A stretch of 63,006 nucleotides of DNA, filler included, from 6 parts of 6 records of this genome joined end to end with filler, not necessarily neighbours in it, one strand, 5' to 3'; positions 27,473-38,786 are shown, numbered from the whole stretch's first letter. Numbers and translations: made by a program. Notes: generated by a model from the sequence alone, not told the origin.

Positions 27473-28741
27473 ATGAGTCAGTTACAGTTTGTGGGTTTGT
27501 CGTCAGCAAAGGCGTCTGCCAATGCGGCTGCCGATGTCAATGACAAGGTGACGGCGTTGTTCCCGGAACAGGACGATGAGGCTGTGGGGACAGCGTTGGA
27601 GCTGTTTAATCAGATGTCCCGACAGATCACTGATTCCTACCGCACTCTTGAGTCCCGTGTTAATCAGTTGTCCGGGGAGCTGTCCGCGGAATCCCAGCAG
27701 CGCCAGGCGGAGCTGGAGCAGAAAGAGGAGCTGGCAGACCGGCTCTCGACGCTTCTGCATGCGCTACCGGCCGGGGTTGTGGTGCTCGACAGCCAGGGGG
27801 TGGTGACCCAGACCAATCCGGCGGCGATCACGTTGTTGGGGGAGCCTCTTGGTGGAGAGCGGTGGGTGGATGTTATCCGTCGCTGTTTTGCGCCCCGCCG
27901 CGACGATGGCCACGAAGTGTCACTCAAGGATGGCCGTCGTGTCAGTATTGAAATTCGTACCATGGAAAACCAGCCGGGGCAGTTGATCCTGCTGACCGAC
28001 TTGACTGAAACCCGTCATTTGCAGTCTCAGCTCGCCCATGCCCAGCGGCTTTCCGCCATGGGCAAGATGGTGGCCTCCCTGGCTCATCAAATTCGCACAC
28101 CGCTGTCGGCTGCCATTCTGTATGGCGGGCACCTCAGCCAGGAAGACCTGGACGAGGAGATGCGTCAGCGTTGTGTCTCACGGTTGATGTCCCGCTTGAC
28201 GCACCTGGAGCAGCAGGTGCGTGACATGCTTATTTTCGCCCGGGGCGAGACGCGGTTGGCAGAGGAATTGTCTGCCGACACCCTGGTTCAGGCGCTGGCT
28301 TCCGCGCTGGAAGGACTGAAGCTCCCTGCCGGTGTGTCGGTGGAGTTGAGTGACCAGGTCAATAGCGCCGCGCTGATGTGCAATCGTGATGCTCTGGTGG
28401 GTGCCTGTACCAACCTAGTGAACAACAGCGTGGAGGCCGGGGCGACGAACGTTGAAGTTGCCGTTGTGTCCGTTGACGAGGAACTGGTGGTGCGCGTGAG
28501 TGATAACGGTCCTGGGTTTACCACGGAGCAGGCAAGTCAATTGCTGGAAGCGTTCTATACCACCAAATCCCACGGCACCGGCTTGGGCCTTGCCGTGGTC
28601 CAGGCGGTGGTGAAAGCGCACCAGGGTCGTTTCTCGATTGATGCGCCTGCCGCCGGAGGTGCTGTTGCCATCATTTCCCTGCCATTGATGCGTTCGTTGT
28701 CGACGGGTGACCGTCGGCAGCAGCCATCAAAGAATGACTGA
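27473..28741 (+). CDS. fleS: Flagellar PAS sensor histidine kinase
   Basis: LAHQIRTPLS H-box; N, G1 and G2 boxes; PAS region; RBS-preceded ATG at 27473. Confidence 0.92.
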   Translation: MSQLQFVGLSSAKASANAAADVNDKVTALFPEQDDEAVGTALELFNQMSRQITDSYRTLESRVNQLSGELSAESQQRQAELEQKEELADRLSTLLHALPAGVVVLDSQGVVTQTNPAAITLLGEPLGGERWVDVIRRCFAPRRDDGHEVSLKDGRRVSIEIRTMENQPGQLILLTDLTETRHLQSQLAHAQRLSAMGKMVASLAHQIRTPLSAAILYGGHLSQEDLDEEMRQRCVSRLMSRLTHLEQQVRDMLIFARGETRLAEELSADTLVQALASALEGLKLPAGVSVELSDQVNSAALMCNRDALVGACTNLVNNSVEAGATNVEVAVVSVDEELVVRVSDNGPGFTTEQASQLLEAFYTTKSHGTGLGLAVVQAVVKAHQGRFSIDAPAAGGAVAIISLPLMRSLSTGDRRQQPSKND

Positions 28742-28753
28742 TCGGAGGCTATT

Positions 28754-30220
28754 ATGGCCAAAGCCCAAATTCTGATTGTTGAGGATGACCAGGATCTTCG
28801 AGAAGCGCTGGTTACCACCCTTGAGCTGGCAAAGTTTCGCGTGCGTGAAGCCGCCAATGCGGAGCAGGCCCTGGCGAAGCTGGCTGAGTCGCCGGTGGAT
28901 ATGGTTGTCAGTGATGTGAACATGCCTGGAATGTCCGGTCACGATTTGCTGCATGAAATACAAAGACGGTACCCCGGCCTGCCGACCATGCTGATCACTG
29001 CCTATGGTCAGATCAGCCATGCGGTGTCCGCGATGCAGTCCGGTGCCATCGACTACCTGGTCAAACCGTTCGAGCCCTCAGTGCTTGTGGATGCGGTGAC
29101 CAGAGTGGTCGGCGGCGGCCGCCAGAAAAGTGTCGACCAGCCCGTTGCGGAAGATCCGATCAGCAAACGGATGTTCCAACTGGCGGCGAAGGTGGCAGCC
29201 AGTGACTCGACGGTGATGATTTCCGGGGAAAGTGGAACCGGTAAAGAGGTGTTGGCGCGCTATATTCACCAGCAGTCTCCCAGGTCAGACCAGGCGTTCG
29301 TGGCGATCAACTGCGCGGCAATTCCCGAGAATATGCTGGAGGCCATCCTGTTTGGCCACGAGAAGGGTGCCTTTACCGGTGCGGTTGCATCCTCCCCGGG
29401 CAAGTTCGAGCAGGCCAACGGTGGCACCATCCTGCTGGATGAGATTTCGGAAATGGATCCTGGCCTGCAATCCAAGCTGTTGCGGGTGCTGCAGGAGCGC
29501 GAGGTTGAGCGGGTCGGTGGTCGCAAGACCATCGCCCTGGATGTACGGGTTATTGCCACCACCAACCGGGATCTGTCCGATTACGTGCGGGAAAACAAAT
29601 TCCGTGAAGACCTGTACTACCGGCTGACGGTCTTCCCCATGCACTGGCAGCCACTGCGCGAACGTACACTGGATATCATGCCGCTGGCGAATGCATTGCT
29701 GAAAAATCATTGCCGCAAGATGAAATTGACCGGCGTGACCTTCGCGCCCGACGCCAGAGATGCGCTGATGGGTCATCAATGGCCGGGCAACGTTCGCGAG
29801 CTGGACAACGCGATACAGCGGGCGCTGGTCTTGCACCAGGGGAATGTCATCCATGCTGGTGACCTTTGCCTGGAACTCGGAATTACCGGGCGTATGGAAA
29901 GTGGCTCCGCCGGCACGACATCTCCGGCCTCGCCACACCCAGTCGTTTCCGAATCCGGGGCTGAGTCACCTGATCGGGACGCTCAGGATACCTATGCTGA
30001 GGAAAGCCTGTCGGGTCTCGGAGCGCTATCTTCCACGTCACTGGGTGATGAAGTCCGACAGCGTGAATTCCGGATTATCATCCAAACGTTGAAAAAAGAG
30101 CGTGGTCGACGCAACCGGGCGGCGGAGCAGTTGGGTATCAGCCCGCGCACGCTCCGATACAAACTGGCCCAGATGCGCGATGCCGGCATCGATCTGGATG
30201 CAGAGCTGGCCGCCGCCTGA
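28754..30220 (+). CDS. fleR: Sigma54-dependent response regulator
   Basis: Receiver domain, GESGTGKE, GAFTGA, HTH. Confidence 0.93.
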   Translation: MAKAQILIVEDDQDLREALVTTLELAKFRVREAANAEQALAKLAESPVDMVVSDVNMPGMSGHDLLHEIQRRYPGLPTMLITAYGQISHAVSAMQSGAIDYLVKPFEPSVLVDAVTRVVGGGRQKSVDQPVAEDPISKRMFQLAAKVAASDSTVMISGESGTGKEVLARYIHQQSPRSDQAFVAINCAAIPENMLEAILFGHEKGAFTGAVASSPGKFEQANGGTILLDEISEMDPGLQSKLLRVLQEREVERVGGRKTIALDVRVIATTNRDLSDYVRENKFREDLYYRLTVFPMHWQPLRERTLDIMPLANALLKNHCRKMKLTGVTFAPDARDALMGHQWPGNVRELDNAIQRALVLHQGNVIHAGDLCLELGITGRMESGSAGTTSPASPHPVVSESGAESPDRDAQDTYAEESLSGLGALSSTSLGDEVRQREFRIIIQTLKKERGRRNRAAEQLGISPRTLRYKLAQMRDAGIDLDAELAAA

Positions 30221-30244
30221 CCACAGCCAACAGGCTCCTTCGTT

Positions 30245-30268
30245 CGGCACCCAAGGGTGCCGTTTTTT
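30245..30268 (+). terminator. Intrinsic terminator after fleR
   Basis: cggcacc-caag-ggtgccg-tttttt. Confidence 0.8.
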
Positions 30269-30354
30269 GTGCCCACGTCAAAAGACCGTCGCTGTCTTTC
30301 GCCTTTCTCTCCGATTGTTAATTAACATTATGAAAATTAACAAATAAATTATGT

Positions 30355-30370
30355 TGGCCTGCGGTTTGCT
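30355..30370 (+). promoter_or_regulatory. Sigma54 promoter of the fliE operon
   Basis: TGGCCT-GCGGT-TTGCT after an AT-rich tract. Confidence 0.75.
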
Positions 30371-30437
30371 TTGACCTGTTCAGATATGTCTAGGTCAATG
30401 GCTTGCCCATTTATACGGCGGGCCGGGAGAGTGAATC

Positions 30438-30806
30438 ATGGTTCAGCGTGCTGACATCAACAGTGTCCTTTCAGAAATTCGCAATATGCGCTCGCAGATG
30501 ATGGAGAATCAGCGGGTTGAACAGGACAACAACATTCGCGGACGGATGGACGGGCCGTCCAAGGTCCAGGAAACCTCCGACACTCCCAAATTCAGCGACA
30601 TGCTCAGCCAGGCTGTGGGTTCTGTGAACGAACTCCAGCAAACATCCAGTGATATGAAGACGGCGTATGAAATGGGCGATCCGAACATGGATATCTCCCG
30701 CGTCATGATCGCGTCTGAAAAAGCATCCATCTCCTTCGAGGCATTGACCCAGGTCCGTAACCGGGTGGTGAAGGCCTACGAAGACATCATGAATATGCCG
30801 GTTTGA
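30438..30806 (+). CDS. fliE: Flagellar hook-basal body protein
   Basis: VRNRVVKAYEDIMNMPV C-terminus. Confidence 0.95.
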   Translation: MVQRADINSVLSEIRNMRSQMMENQRVEQDNNIRGRMDGPSKVQETSDTPKFSDMLSQAVGSVNELQQTSSDMKTAYEMGDPNMDISRVMIASEKASISFEALTQVRNRVVKAYEDIMNMPV

Positions 30807-30821
30807 TAGCGGAGCGGACCC

Positions 30822-32519
30822 ATGGCCAGCGTACCTGCTGAAACCTCATCCTCGAACATGCCCGCGGCGCGGGGAGACGATACCGGCGAGAGCCGTAGCG
30901 ACCTGATTTTCGGCTTCAACCGGTTGAACCTGCTGCGACAGGTGGGCCTGATGGTGGGGCTTGCCGCCAGTGTTGCCCTTGGCGTTGCTGTAGTTCTCTG
31001 GGCCCAGGAGCCCAATTACCAGCCTGTGGTGGGGGATATGTCCGGCTACAACCCACAGGATGTCACGACCATTCTAGATGCCAACAACATCGACTACCGT
31101 ATGGATCCACGCACAGGCGCATTGCTGGTGCCCTCCGATGAGGTCTATAACGCCCGCCTGAAACTTGCAGCAGAGGGCGTGACGGACGAGCAGACCATGG
31201 GCTACGAACTGCTGGACCAGGACCGTGGCCTTGGAACCTCCCAGTTTATGGAAACCATCAGTTTCCGCCGTGGCCTGGAAGGCGAGCTGGCACGAACGAT
31301 TGGCAGCATGCGCACGGTTCGTGCCGCTCGGGTTCATCTGGCGATTCCGGAGCGCTCGGTGTTTGTCCGCGACGCGCGCACGCCGACAGCGTCCGTGTTC
31401 CTTGAAGTAATTGCCGGTCGTCGCCTGGAGCAGGAGCAGATTGCCTCGATCGTGAACCTGGTTGCCGGCAGCATTCCGGAAATGAGCAAGGACAATGTGA
31501 CCGTGGTCGACCAGAGTGGAAACCTGCTCACCGGTCGTGAGGACGGCGGTGACAGCCAGCAGATTGAAGACCAGTACGATTACACCTCCCGCGTTGAGGA
31601 TCGCCTGGCTCGTCGGGTTGCCTCCATGGTCAGGCCGGTGGTGGGCGACGGTCGTTTCCGTGCGGAAGTGACGGCGGATCTCGATTTCTCCTCGGTGGAA
31701 CAGGCTGAGGAGCTGTTCAATCCCGAACAGCAAGCTGTGCGCAGCGAGCGCCAGATGTCCGAGCGGCGTGCCGGTGGCGGCGCCAGTGGAATCCCCGGCG
31801 CCCTGTCCAACCAGCCGCCCGCTCAGCCGACAGTTCCGGAACAGGCAACCGCCGATGACGAGGGCAACGTCCAGGCGCCGCCGGTGAACGTGCGTGAAGA
31901 GTCGACCCGAAACTACGAAATGGACCGCACCGTCAGCTATATCCGCCAGGAACTTGGCCGCATAAAACGTTTGTCGGTGGCTCTGGCGGTCGATGACCTG
32001 AAAGTGGTGGACCCCCAGACTGGCGAGGTCAGCTATGAACCCTGGCCAGAACAGGAGTTGCAGCGCTTGACCATGCTGGTACGCGATGCCGTGGGGTATT
32101 CGGCCGCCCGGGGTGACAGTGTTACGGTGATGAACACTGCGTTCGCCGCCGAAGAGCAGATCGAGTTTGAAGCACCGGCGTTCTGGGAGCAGCCGTGGTT
32201 CTGGGACCTGATGAAGCAGGTGCTCGCAGGCCTGGTCATTCTGGTTCTGGTTCTGGGCCTGTTGCGACCCACCCTGAAAAGTCTGTCCGGCGGTGGCCGC
32301 AGCGAACGCAGGGGCGACTCCGACGACGGCTATGACGGCCTTGACGGCATCGAAGGCGGCGACGCTCTGCGCGAAGCCATGCATTCACAGGACGATCTGC
32401 TTTTGCCCGGCGCGACAGACAGCTATGATAGACAACTGAATGCACTGAAAGGCCTGATTGCGGAAGACCCGGCAAGGGTCTCCCAGGTGATGCGCCAGTG
32501 GGTGAATGTCGATGACTGA
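30822..32519 (+). CDS. fliF: Flagellar MS-ring protein
   Basis: LEGELARTI, ARVHLAIP, GIPGALSNQP; two TM segments. Confidence 0.96.
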   Translation: MASVPAETSSSNMPAARGDDTGESRSDLIFGFNRLNLLRQVGLMVGLAASVALGVAVVLWAQEPNYQPVVGDMSGYNPQDVTTILDANNIDYRMDPRTGALLVPSDEVYNARLKLAAEGVTDEQTMGYELLDQDRGLGTSQFMETISFRRGLEGELARTIGSMRTVRAARVHLAIPERSVFVRDARTPTASVFLEVIAGRRLEQEQIASIVNLVAGSIPEMSKDNVTVVDQSGNLLTGREDGGDSQQIEDQYDYTSRVEDRLARRVASMVRPVVGDGRFRAEVTADLDFSSVEQAEELFNPEQQAVRSERQMSERRAGGGASGIPGALSNQPPAQPTVPEQATADDEGNVQAPPVNVREESTRNYEMDRTVSYIRQELGRIKRLSVALAVDDLKVVDPQTGEVSYEPWPEQELQRLTMLVRDAVGYSAARGDSVTVMNTAFAAEEQIEFEAPAFWEQPWFWDLMKQVLAGLVILVLVLGLLRPTLKSLSGGGRSERRGDSDDGYDGLDGIEGGDALREAMHSQDDLLLPGATDSYDRQLNALKGLIAEDPARVSQVMRQWVNVDD

Positions 32520-33552
32520 TGAGAACAACCGCCAGCCTGATGCGGCGCAAAAGCCCCAGCGCAAGATTCCGCGGGTGGAGCAGGCGGCAATCCTGCTGAT
32601 GTCGCTGGGCGAAAACGACGCTGCCGAAGTGCTCAAGCACATGGGGCCGAAAGAGGTCCAGCGGGTTGGCGTGGCCATGGCCCAGATGAAAGACGTCAGC
32701 AAGGACGACGTTACCTATGTCCTGAACCAGTTTGTCGAGGCTGTTGGCGGCCAGACCGGTCTGGGGGTTGGCAATGATGATTACATTCGCACCATGCTCA
32801 CCCAGGCCCTGGGGGACGACAAGGCCTCCAGCCTGATCGACCGTATCCTTATTGGTGGCAACACCACCGGCCTGGATACCCTGAAGTGGATGGAACCCCG
32901 TGCGGTGGGCGATATTATCCGTTACGAGCACCCCCAGATTCAGGCCATCGTTATTTCCTACCTCGATCCGGACCAGGCCGCGGAGATCCTCGGCACTCTG
33001 GACGACAAGGTGCGCCTGGATGTAATGATGCGGGTGGCTTCGCTGGAAAGTATCCAGCCGCAGGCACTGCAGGAACTCAACGATATCCTCGAGAAGCAGT
33101 TCTCCGGTGGCTCAGCGGCCCAGACCAGCCGCATCGGCGGGGTCAAACGGGCGGCTGACATTATGAACTTCATGGACCGCAGCGTTGAAGGCGGCCTGAT
33201 GGATTCAATCAAGGACATGGACCCGGACCTGGCGTCCACAATCGAGGACTTGATGTTTGTCTTCGATAACCTCAAGGACATTGACGACCGTGGTATTCAG
33301 GCGTTGCTGCGGGAAGTGTCTTCCGAGGTGCTGGTCGTCGCGCTCAAGGGCGCCGATGACGCCGTTCAGGAGAAAATCTTCAAGAACATGTCCAAGCGGG
33401 CCGCAGAACTTCTGCAGGATGACCTGGAGGCCAAGGGGCCGGTACGGGTCAGTGAAGTGGAGTCTGCCCAGAAGGACATTATTACCATTGCCCGTCGTAT
33501 GGCTGAAGCTGGTGAGATCACCCTTGGCGGTGCTGGCGAAGAAATGATGTGA
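32506..33552 (+). CDS. fliG: Flagellar motor switch protein
   Basis: AAILLMSLGE, EHPQ, MFVFDNL, NMSKRAA. Confidence 0.97.
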   Translation: MSMTDENNRQPDAAQKPQRKIPRVEQAAILLMSLGENDAAEVLKHMGPKEVQRVGVAMAQMKDVSKDDVTYVLNQFVEAVGGQTGLGVGNDDYIRTMLTQALGDDKASSLIDRILIGGNTTGLDTLKWMEPRAVGDIIRYEHPQIQAIVISYLDPDQAAEILGTLDDKVRLDVMMRVASLESIQPQALQELNDILEKQFSGGSAAQTSRIGGVKRAADIMNFMDRSVEGGLMDSIKDMDPDLASTIEDLMFVFDNLKDIDDRGIQALLREVSSEVLVVALKGADDAVQEKIFKNMSKRAAELLQDDLEAKGPVRVSEVESAQKDIITIARRMAEAGEITLGGAGEEMM

Positions 33553-34403
33553 TGAAAGATCCCCGTCGCAACCTCGATCGCATTCCCAAGGAAAACCTCA
33601 CGGCCTACGAGCGTTGGGAGCTTCCGCTGTTGGATGCGCGCGGCAATGAAATCGCGCAGGAAGAAGACCGCGACGTAAAGCCGTTGACCGCCGCTGATAT
33701 TGAGGAGATCCGCCAGGCGGCCCGTGAAGACGGTCATGCGGAAGGCCGTGACGCAGGGTATCAGGCGGGGCTGAGTGAAGGTCGTGAGCAGGGGCACCGG
33801 GAAGGCTTTGAAGCAGGGCTTGCCGAGGGCCGCGAGCAGGGCGCGGAGGAAGGCCTGGCGGACACCCGCAAGGAGGTGGATGCCAAGCTGGACCGGCTGG
33901 AGCATTTGCTTGGCGAATTACTGGAACCAATCAAACGCCATGAAGACGAGGTGGAAACGGCGTTGGTCAATCTGACGACCGTTCTTGCGCGCTCCGTGGT
34001 GTTCCGGGAGCTGTCGTTGGATTCTTCCCACATTACCGACGTGGTCCGCAAGGCGATGACGGCGCTACCATCTACAACGGAAAACGTGCGCATCCATATT
34101 CATCCGGATGACTATCAATGGGTCAGTGAGGTTGCCGACAGGTTCGAGGCGGCGACCTCCATTGTCGAAGATGCTTCTGTTCTCCGGGGCGGTTGCAAGC
34201 TGGAAACCCGCCACAGCCTGGTGGACTTCACGGTGGAAAAACGCTTCCAGAAGGCCGTTCAGGGCATGCTGGACCGCCAACTGGACACCGAATCCGCCGG
34301 TGAGGGAGAAGAGCTTGATGCCATGATGGGCGATCTGACCGACTTCCGGCACGATGTGCTTGACTCCGACGAGGATGAAGGCCATGACAGCACACCTGGC
34401 TGA
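33552..34403 (+). CDS. fliH: Flagellar assembly protein
   Basis: W.LP N-terminus, GxxxG repeats, HPDD, GGC.LE. Confidence 0.93.
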   Translation: MKDPRRNLDRIPKENLTAYERWELPLLDARGNEIAQEEDRDVKPLTAADIEEIRQAAREDGHAEGRDAGYQAGLSEGREQGHREGFEAGLAEGREQGAEEGLADTRKEVDAKLDRLEHLLGELLEPIKRHEDEVETALVNLTTVLARSVVFRELSLDSSHITDVVRKAMTALPSTTENVRIHIHPDDYQWVSEVADRFEAATSIVEDASVLRGGCKLETRHSLVDFTVEKRFQKAVQGMLDRQLDTESAGEGEELDAMMGDLTDFRHDVLDSDEDEGHDSTPG

Positions 34404-35766
34404 ACGCCTGACACGACTGCAGGATTACTTTACCGAAGACCCCCAGCCGGAACTGTCCGGGCGGCTGACGCGCATGGTAGGCCTTACCCTGGAATGTGTG
34501 GGTTGCCCCATGGTGGTCGGCGACCGCTGCGTGATTACCGGGCAGGGCGCCGGCACCGTGGAAGCGGAAGTGGTGGGTTTTGAGGATGACCGTGTCTATC
34601 TGATGCCGCTTACGGCCATAGAGGGGTTGCGCCCTGGAGCCAGGGTGGTGCCGTTGTCGGTGGCCAGCCGGGTGCCGGTCGGCCCGGAGTTGCTGGGGCG
34701 GGTGGTCAACGGCAACGGCGAGCCACTGGACGGCAAGGGCCCGCTGCAGGCGGAAGCCCGCGTGTCTCTCAGTGGCGATATCATCAACCCGCTGGACCGT
34801 GCGCCGGTGCGTCAGTCCATGGATGTGGGTATCCGGGCTATCAATTCACTGATGACTGTCGGCCAGGGGCAGCGCCTGGGCCTCTTTGCCGGCAGCGGCG
34901 TTGGCAAGAGTGTTCTCTTGGGTATGATGACCCGCTTCACCAACGCGGATATCACGGTGGTTGGCCTGATCGGCGAACGGGGCCGTGAGGTTAAAGAGTT
35001 CATTGAGGATATCCTTGGGGACGAAGGGCTTGCCCGCTCTGTTGTGGTTGCCTCCCCCGCCGATGACTCACCACTGATGCGCCTGCGTGCTGCCATGCTG
35101 ACCACCCGGATTGCGGAATACTACCGGGATCAGGGCAAGCGGGTATTGCTGTTGATGGATTCATTGACCCGCTATGCACAGGCCCAGCGGGAAATTGCCC
35201 TGGCCGTCGGCGAGCCTCCAGCCACCAAGGGCTATCCGCCTTCGGTCTTCGCCAAATTGCCGCAACTGGTGGAGCGTACCGGCAATGGCAGGCCTGGTGG
35301 TGGCTCTATTACTGCATTCTATACCGTACTGACGGAAGGCGATGACCAGCAGGATCCTATCGCGGACGCCGCGCGGGCGATCCTGGATGGCCACATTGTG
35401 CTGTCCCGGCGATTGGCGGAAGAAGGCCATTACCCCGCCATCGATGTGGAGGCGTCCATCAGCCGGGTAATGCCGCAGGTGACCGAGACCGAACATTTTG
35501 CCCGCGCCCAGCGCTTCAAACAGGTCTACTCCCGCTATCAGCAGGCCAGGGACCTGATCAGTGTCGGGGCCTATGTAAAAGGATCAGATCCTGAAACCGA
35601 TTTTGCCATCACCCATATCGGCAACATGGGACAGTTCCTCCAGCAGGGGTTGAACGAAAGCGCTCCGTTGGAGGACAGCATCCAGCAGTTGCTTGCGGTG
35701 GTGCCGGAAAGACGCTCTCCCGATCGCCCCAAGACCCCGCCACAGGCCGATGGAGGTGGTAGGTGA
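34384..35766 (+). CDS. fliI: Flagellar export ATPase
   Basis: [38 protein letters not shown]. Confidence 0.97.
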   Translation: MTAHLAERLTRLQDYFTEDPQPELSGRLTRMVGLTLECVGCPMVVGDRCVITGQGAGTVEAEVVGFEDDRVYLMPLTAIEGLRPGARVVPLSVASRVPVGPELLGRVVNGNGEPLDGKGPLQAEARVSLSGDIINPLDRAPVRQSMDVGIRAINSLMTVGQGQRLGLFAGSGVGKSVLLGMMTRFTNADITVVGLIGERGREVKEFIEDILGDEGLARSVVVASPADDSPLMRLRAAMLTTRIAEYYRDQGKRVLLLMDSLTRYAQAQREIALAVGEPPATKGYPPSVFAKLPQLVERTGNGRPGGGSITAFYTVLTEGDDQQDPIADAARAILDGHIVLSRRLAEEGHYPAIDVEASISRVMPQVTETEHFARAQRFKQVYSRYQQARDLISVGAYVKGSDPETDFAITHIGNMGQFLQQGLNESAPLEDSIQQLLAVVPERRSPDRPKTPPQADGGGR

Positions 35767-36206
35767 TGCTCAGGTCCCAGCGCCTTTCGGTCGTGCTCAC
35801 TCTGGAAGAACGTAAAGAAAAGGCCGCCCTGGAAAAAATGGCGGAAGCACAGCAGCATCATGAAGCCCAGCGCCAGCAGATAGAAAACCTTGAGCGGTAT
35901 CAGCGGGAATACCGGGAACAGATCCGCAGTAGCCAGAAAGGTGTGGTGTCTGTTGCTCGCCTCCAGGGCTGGCAGGCGTTTATAGCCCAGTTGGATCAGG
36001 TGATTGTGCAACAGCAGAAACTGCTGACACAGGCGGCAGAACGGCTCCAGGCATGCCGGGAAGAATGGCAGAGGGCCTGGGAGCGGCGCCGGGGAATGGA
36101 AAAGTACATTGAAACCTGTCGCCGGCACGAGCAGCGGGAGCAGGATGTCAGGGAACAGAAGCAAATGGACGAAGCCGCCGGGCGGATACTGGCGAGGCGG
36201 CGCTGA
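35766..36206 (+). CDS. fliJ: Flagellar export chaperone
   Basis: Coiled-coil after fliI; EQK.MDE motif. Confidence 0.9.
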   Translation: MLRSQRLSVVLTLEERKEKAALEKMAEAQQHHEAQRQQIENLERYQREYREQIRSSQKGVVSVARLQGWQAFIAQLDQVIVQQQKLLTQAAERLQACREEWQRAWERRRGMEKYIETCRRHEQREQDVREQKQMDEAAGRILARRR

Positions 36207-36330
36207 GCGGGTTGCCAAATGGCAAACGGCGGATGCAAATTCGGTGTTGTAAGCTATCCTTTATGTCAGGGTGCCCTGGGCACACCTGTCATTTCCCGTT
36301 ACCCGGCACGCATACCATGGAGGCTCCGGA

Positions 36331-36636
36331 ATGCCGATTCATACGCATCGCAGTGACGATGGCCAGACCCTGACCATAAAAATTGAAGGGCGTTTCGATT
36401 TCAGCACCCATCAGGCGTTTCGTGATGCGTACGAACATGGCGACGAAAAGGTGAGCTGCTTTGTCGTCGATCTTTCGGACACCACCTACCTCGACAGTTC
36501 CGCCCTTGGCATGTTGCTGTTGCTGCGTGACTACGCGGGGGGTGACCGTGCCCGGATTCGCATCGAAAACTGCAACAGCGATGTGCGTCGTATTCTGTCA
36601 ATCTCCAACTTTGAACAACTGTTCGCGATTCGCTGA
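36331..36636 (+). CDS. STAS anti-anti-sigma factor (HsbA-like)
   Basis: GRFDF, YLDSSALGMLL, ISNFEQLF. Confidence 0.88.
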   Translation: MPIHTHRSDDGQTLTIKIEGRFDFSTHQAFRDAYEHGDEKVSCFVVDLSDTTYLDSSALGMLLLLRDYAGGDRARIRIENCNSDVRRILSISNFEQLFAIR

Positions 36637-36668
36637 ATCACCCGGGGAAGACGTCACGGAGGCCCGAT

Positions 36669-38435
36669 GTGGATGATCCACTCCCAGAAAACCGGCCACT
36701 CCGGATTCTCATTGCCGATGACAGCCACAGTGATCGTCTGATACTCAAAACCCTGTTGCGCCGCCTTGGTCACGAGGTTGAAGACGCCGAAAACGGACTG
36801 GAAGCCGTCAATATTTTCCGCAAGTCTGCGCCAGACATCGTCCTGCTGGATGCATTGATGCCGGTTATGGATGGAATGGAGGCCGCCCGCCAGATCAAGG
36901 TGCTGGCGGGAGAGCAGTTGGTTCCCCTGATTTTCCTGACATCACTGTCGGACGCCGGCGCCCTGGCTCGTTGCCTGGAGGCTGGCGGCGACGATTTTCT
37001 GACCAAACCCTACAATCGCATCATCATTGAAGCCAAGATTAACGCCTTCAATCGCATGCGGTTGATGCACCGCACCCTGAGCCATCACCGGGATCTGATT
37101 CGCGAACGCAACAGCACGCTATTGGAAGAGCAGAAGGTTGCGAAGCGGGTGTTTGACAACGTTGCCCATACCGGTTGTCTGGACGCGCCCAATATCCGCT
37201 TTCATGCGTCGCCGATGTCAATTTTCAATGGCGACGTGCTGTTCGCCTGTCCACGCCCGGCTGGCGGCATGCAAATACTGATTGGGGATTTCACTGGTCA
37301 TGGCCTGCCGGCCGCCATCGGCGCCATGCCCGTGGCGGAAATTTTCTACGGCATGACCAGCAAGGGATTCAGTGGCAGCGATGTACTCCGGGAGATCAAC
37401 CAGAAACTGGGCCGGATACTGCCCACCGGAATGTTCTGTTGTGCAGCCATGATCCAGGCGGATTTTCACCTGAACCAGCTGCAGATCTGGAATGGAGGGC
37501 TCCCTGACGGAGTGTTACTGAGAAAGGATGGAGCGCGTGAAACCATTGTTTCACGGCACCTGCCCTTGGGGGTGCTCGGCAGTGCACGGTTTGATGCGGG
37601 TATGGATGTGTTCCATACCGAGCCGGGTGATACCTTGCTGATGATGACAGACGGTGTGATGGAGGCTGAGAACCATCAGGGTGAGATGTATGGAGAGCAG
37701 CGCCTTGCCCGTTCTCTCGACGAAATGAGCCGACAGGGGTCACCGTTTGAAACCATTATGGCCGGCATTCGTACCTTTACCGGAAATCAGCCTGAACAGG
37801 ACGACCTGACGTTGATCAGCCTGCGAATGGCGGAAGACGCGGAACTGGTTGGTATTTCCGATCGACTGCCCCAGTCCGCACTGGAGGGGCCGTCGGAGTG
37901 GCGCTGTGTGTACGAGGTTCAGGATCGAACCCTGGGGCAGTTCAGCCCCCTACCTTTGCTGCTGCATATCTGCATGGAGGTGCCGGGGCTGCGCCGGAAA
38001 AGTGGTGAGATATATACGCTGTTGTCGGAGTTGTACAGCAACGCACTGGAACACGGTGTGCTTGGCTTGTGCTCGGACTGGAAGGCGACACCCGACGGAT
38101 TCGGGCACTACTACGCTGAACGTGAGCGGAGGCTGGCTGATGTGGCGGGCCACTTTATACGCTTTACGTTGACCCATACTATGACAGACAGGGGCGGGCA
38201 GCTGGTTATTGTCTGCGAAGACAGTGGCAGTGGCTTTGATTTCAGCAGTGTGCGTCCGGAGGCCGAAGATGAGCGCCGCTATTCAGGCAGAGGTTTGCTG
38301 TTGTTACAAAAAATTGGGCGTTCCCTGAATTACCGGGAACATGGCACCAAGGCTGAAATTGTATATGATTGGTATTTTTCTGAGGTTACTGGCCGTGAGG
38401 GCAGTATCACCCAACAACCAGGGGGTTGGTCATGA
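36669..38435 (+). CDS. Receiver-PP2C phosphatase-HATPase protein (HsbR-like)
   Basis: REC domain, NGD, DFTGHGLPAA, TDGV.EA, DDLT, NALEHG, DSGSGF, GRGL. Confidence 0.88.
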   Translation: MDDPLPENRPLRILIADDSHSDRLILKTLLRRLGHEVEDAENGLEAVNIFRKSAPDIVLLDALMPVMDGMEAARQIKVLAGEQLVPLIFLTSLSDAGALARCLEAGGDDFLTKPYNRIIIEAKINAFNRMRLMHRTLSHHRDLIRERNSTLLEEQKVAKRVFDNVAHTGCLDAPNIRFHASPMSIFNGDVLFACPRPAGGMQILIGDFTGHGLPAAIGAMPVAEIFYGMTSKGFSGSDVLREINQKLGRILPTGMFCCAAMIQADFHLNQLQIWNGGLPDGVLLRKDGARETIVSRHLPLGVLGSARFDAGMDVFHTEPGDTLLMMTDGVMEAENHQGEMYGEQRLARSLDEMSRQGSPFETIMAGIRTFTGNQPEQDDLTLISLRMAEDAELVGISDRLPQSALEGPSEWRCVYEVQDRTLGQFSPLPLLLHICMEVPGLRRKSGEIYTLLSELYSNALEHGVLGLCSDWKATPDGFGHYYAERERRLADVAGHFIRFTLTHTMTDRGGQLVIVCEDSGSGFDFSSVRPEAEDERRYSGRGLLLLQKIGRSLNYREHGTKAEIVYDWYFSEVTGREGSITQQPGGWS

Positions 38436-38776
38436 CGGACAAACCACACCTTGATGAAGAAGCGTTGGCCGAGTTGCAGGAAGTCATGGAGAATGAGTTC
38501 GACATTCTGATCAATACTTACCTCCATGATTCCTCTGACCGTATTGCGCATCTGCGGTCGGCACTGGAAAAATCGGATGCTGACGCGTTCGCAAAATCGG
38601 CTCACAGCTTCAAAGGCAGTTGCATCAATATTGGTGCCCCTCGACTGGGCGAACTTTGTTTCGAGGCGGAGAAGGCGGGCCGCGACAATCAATTGTCACA
38701 GGCCGGAGCAATGCTCGACGATATCGAGAATGAATTCCGACAGGTTGAGGGCACACTCAAGCGTTTTATTGCGTGA
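38432..38776 (+). CDS. Histidine phosphotransfer protein (HptB-like)
   Basis: AHSFKGSC.NIGA Hpt motif. Confidence 0.9.
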   Translation: MTDKPHLDEEALAELQEVMENEFDILINTYLHDSSDRIAHLRSALEKSDADAFAKSAHSFKGSCINIGAPRLGELCFEAEKAGRDNQLSQAGAMLDDIENEFRQVEGTLKRFIA

Positions 38777-38786
38777 CGTGAACGAA

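Noticed and set aside
31074-32384. Long antisense ORFs (436 aa here; also 44904-45806, 50193-51149, 53860-54816, 56296-57438)
   Set aside because: Shadow frames of high-GC genes with no recognisable motifs
33720-33860. Repetitive GxxxG-coding tract in fliH
   Set aside because: Normal FliH feature
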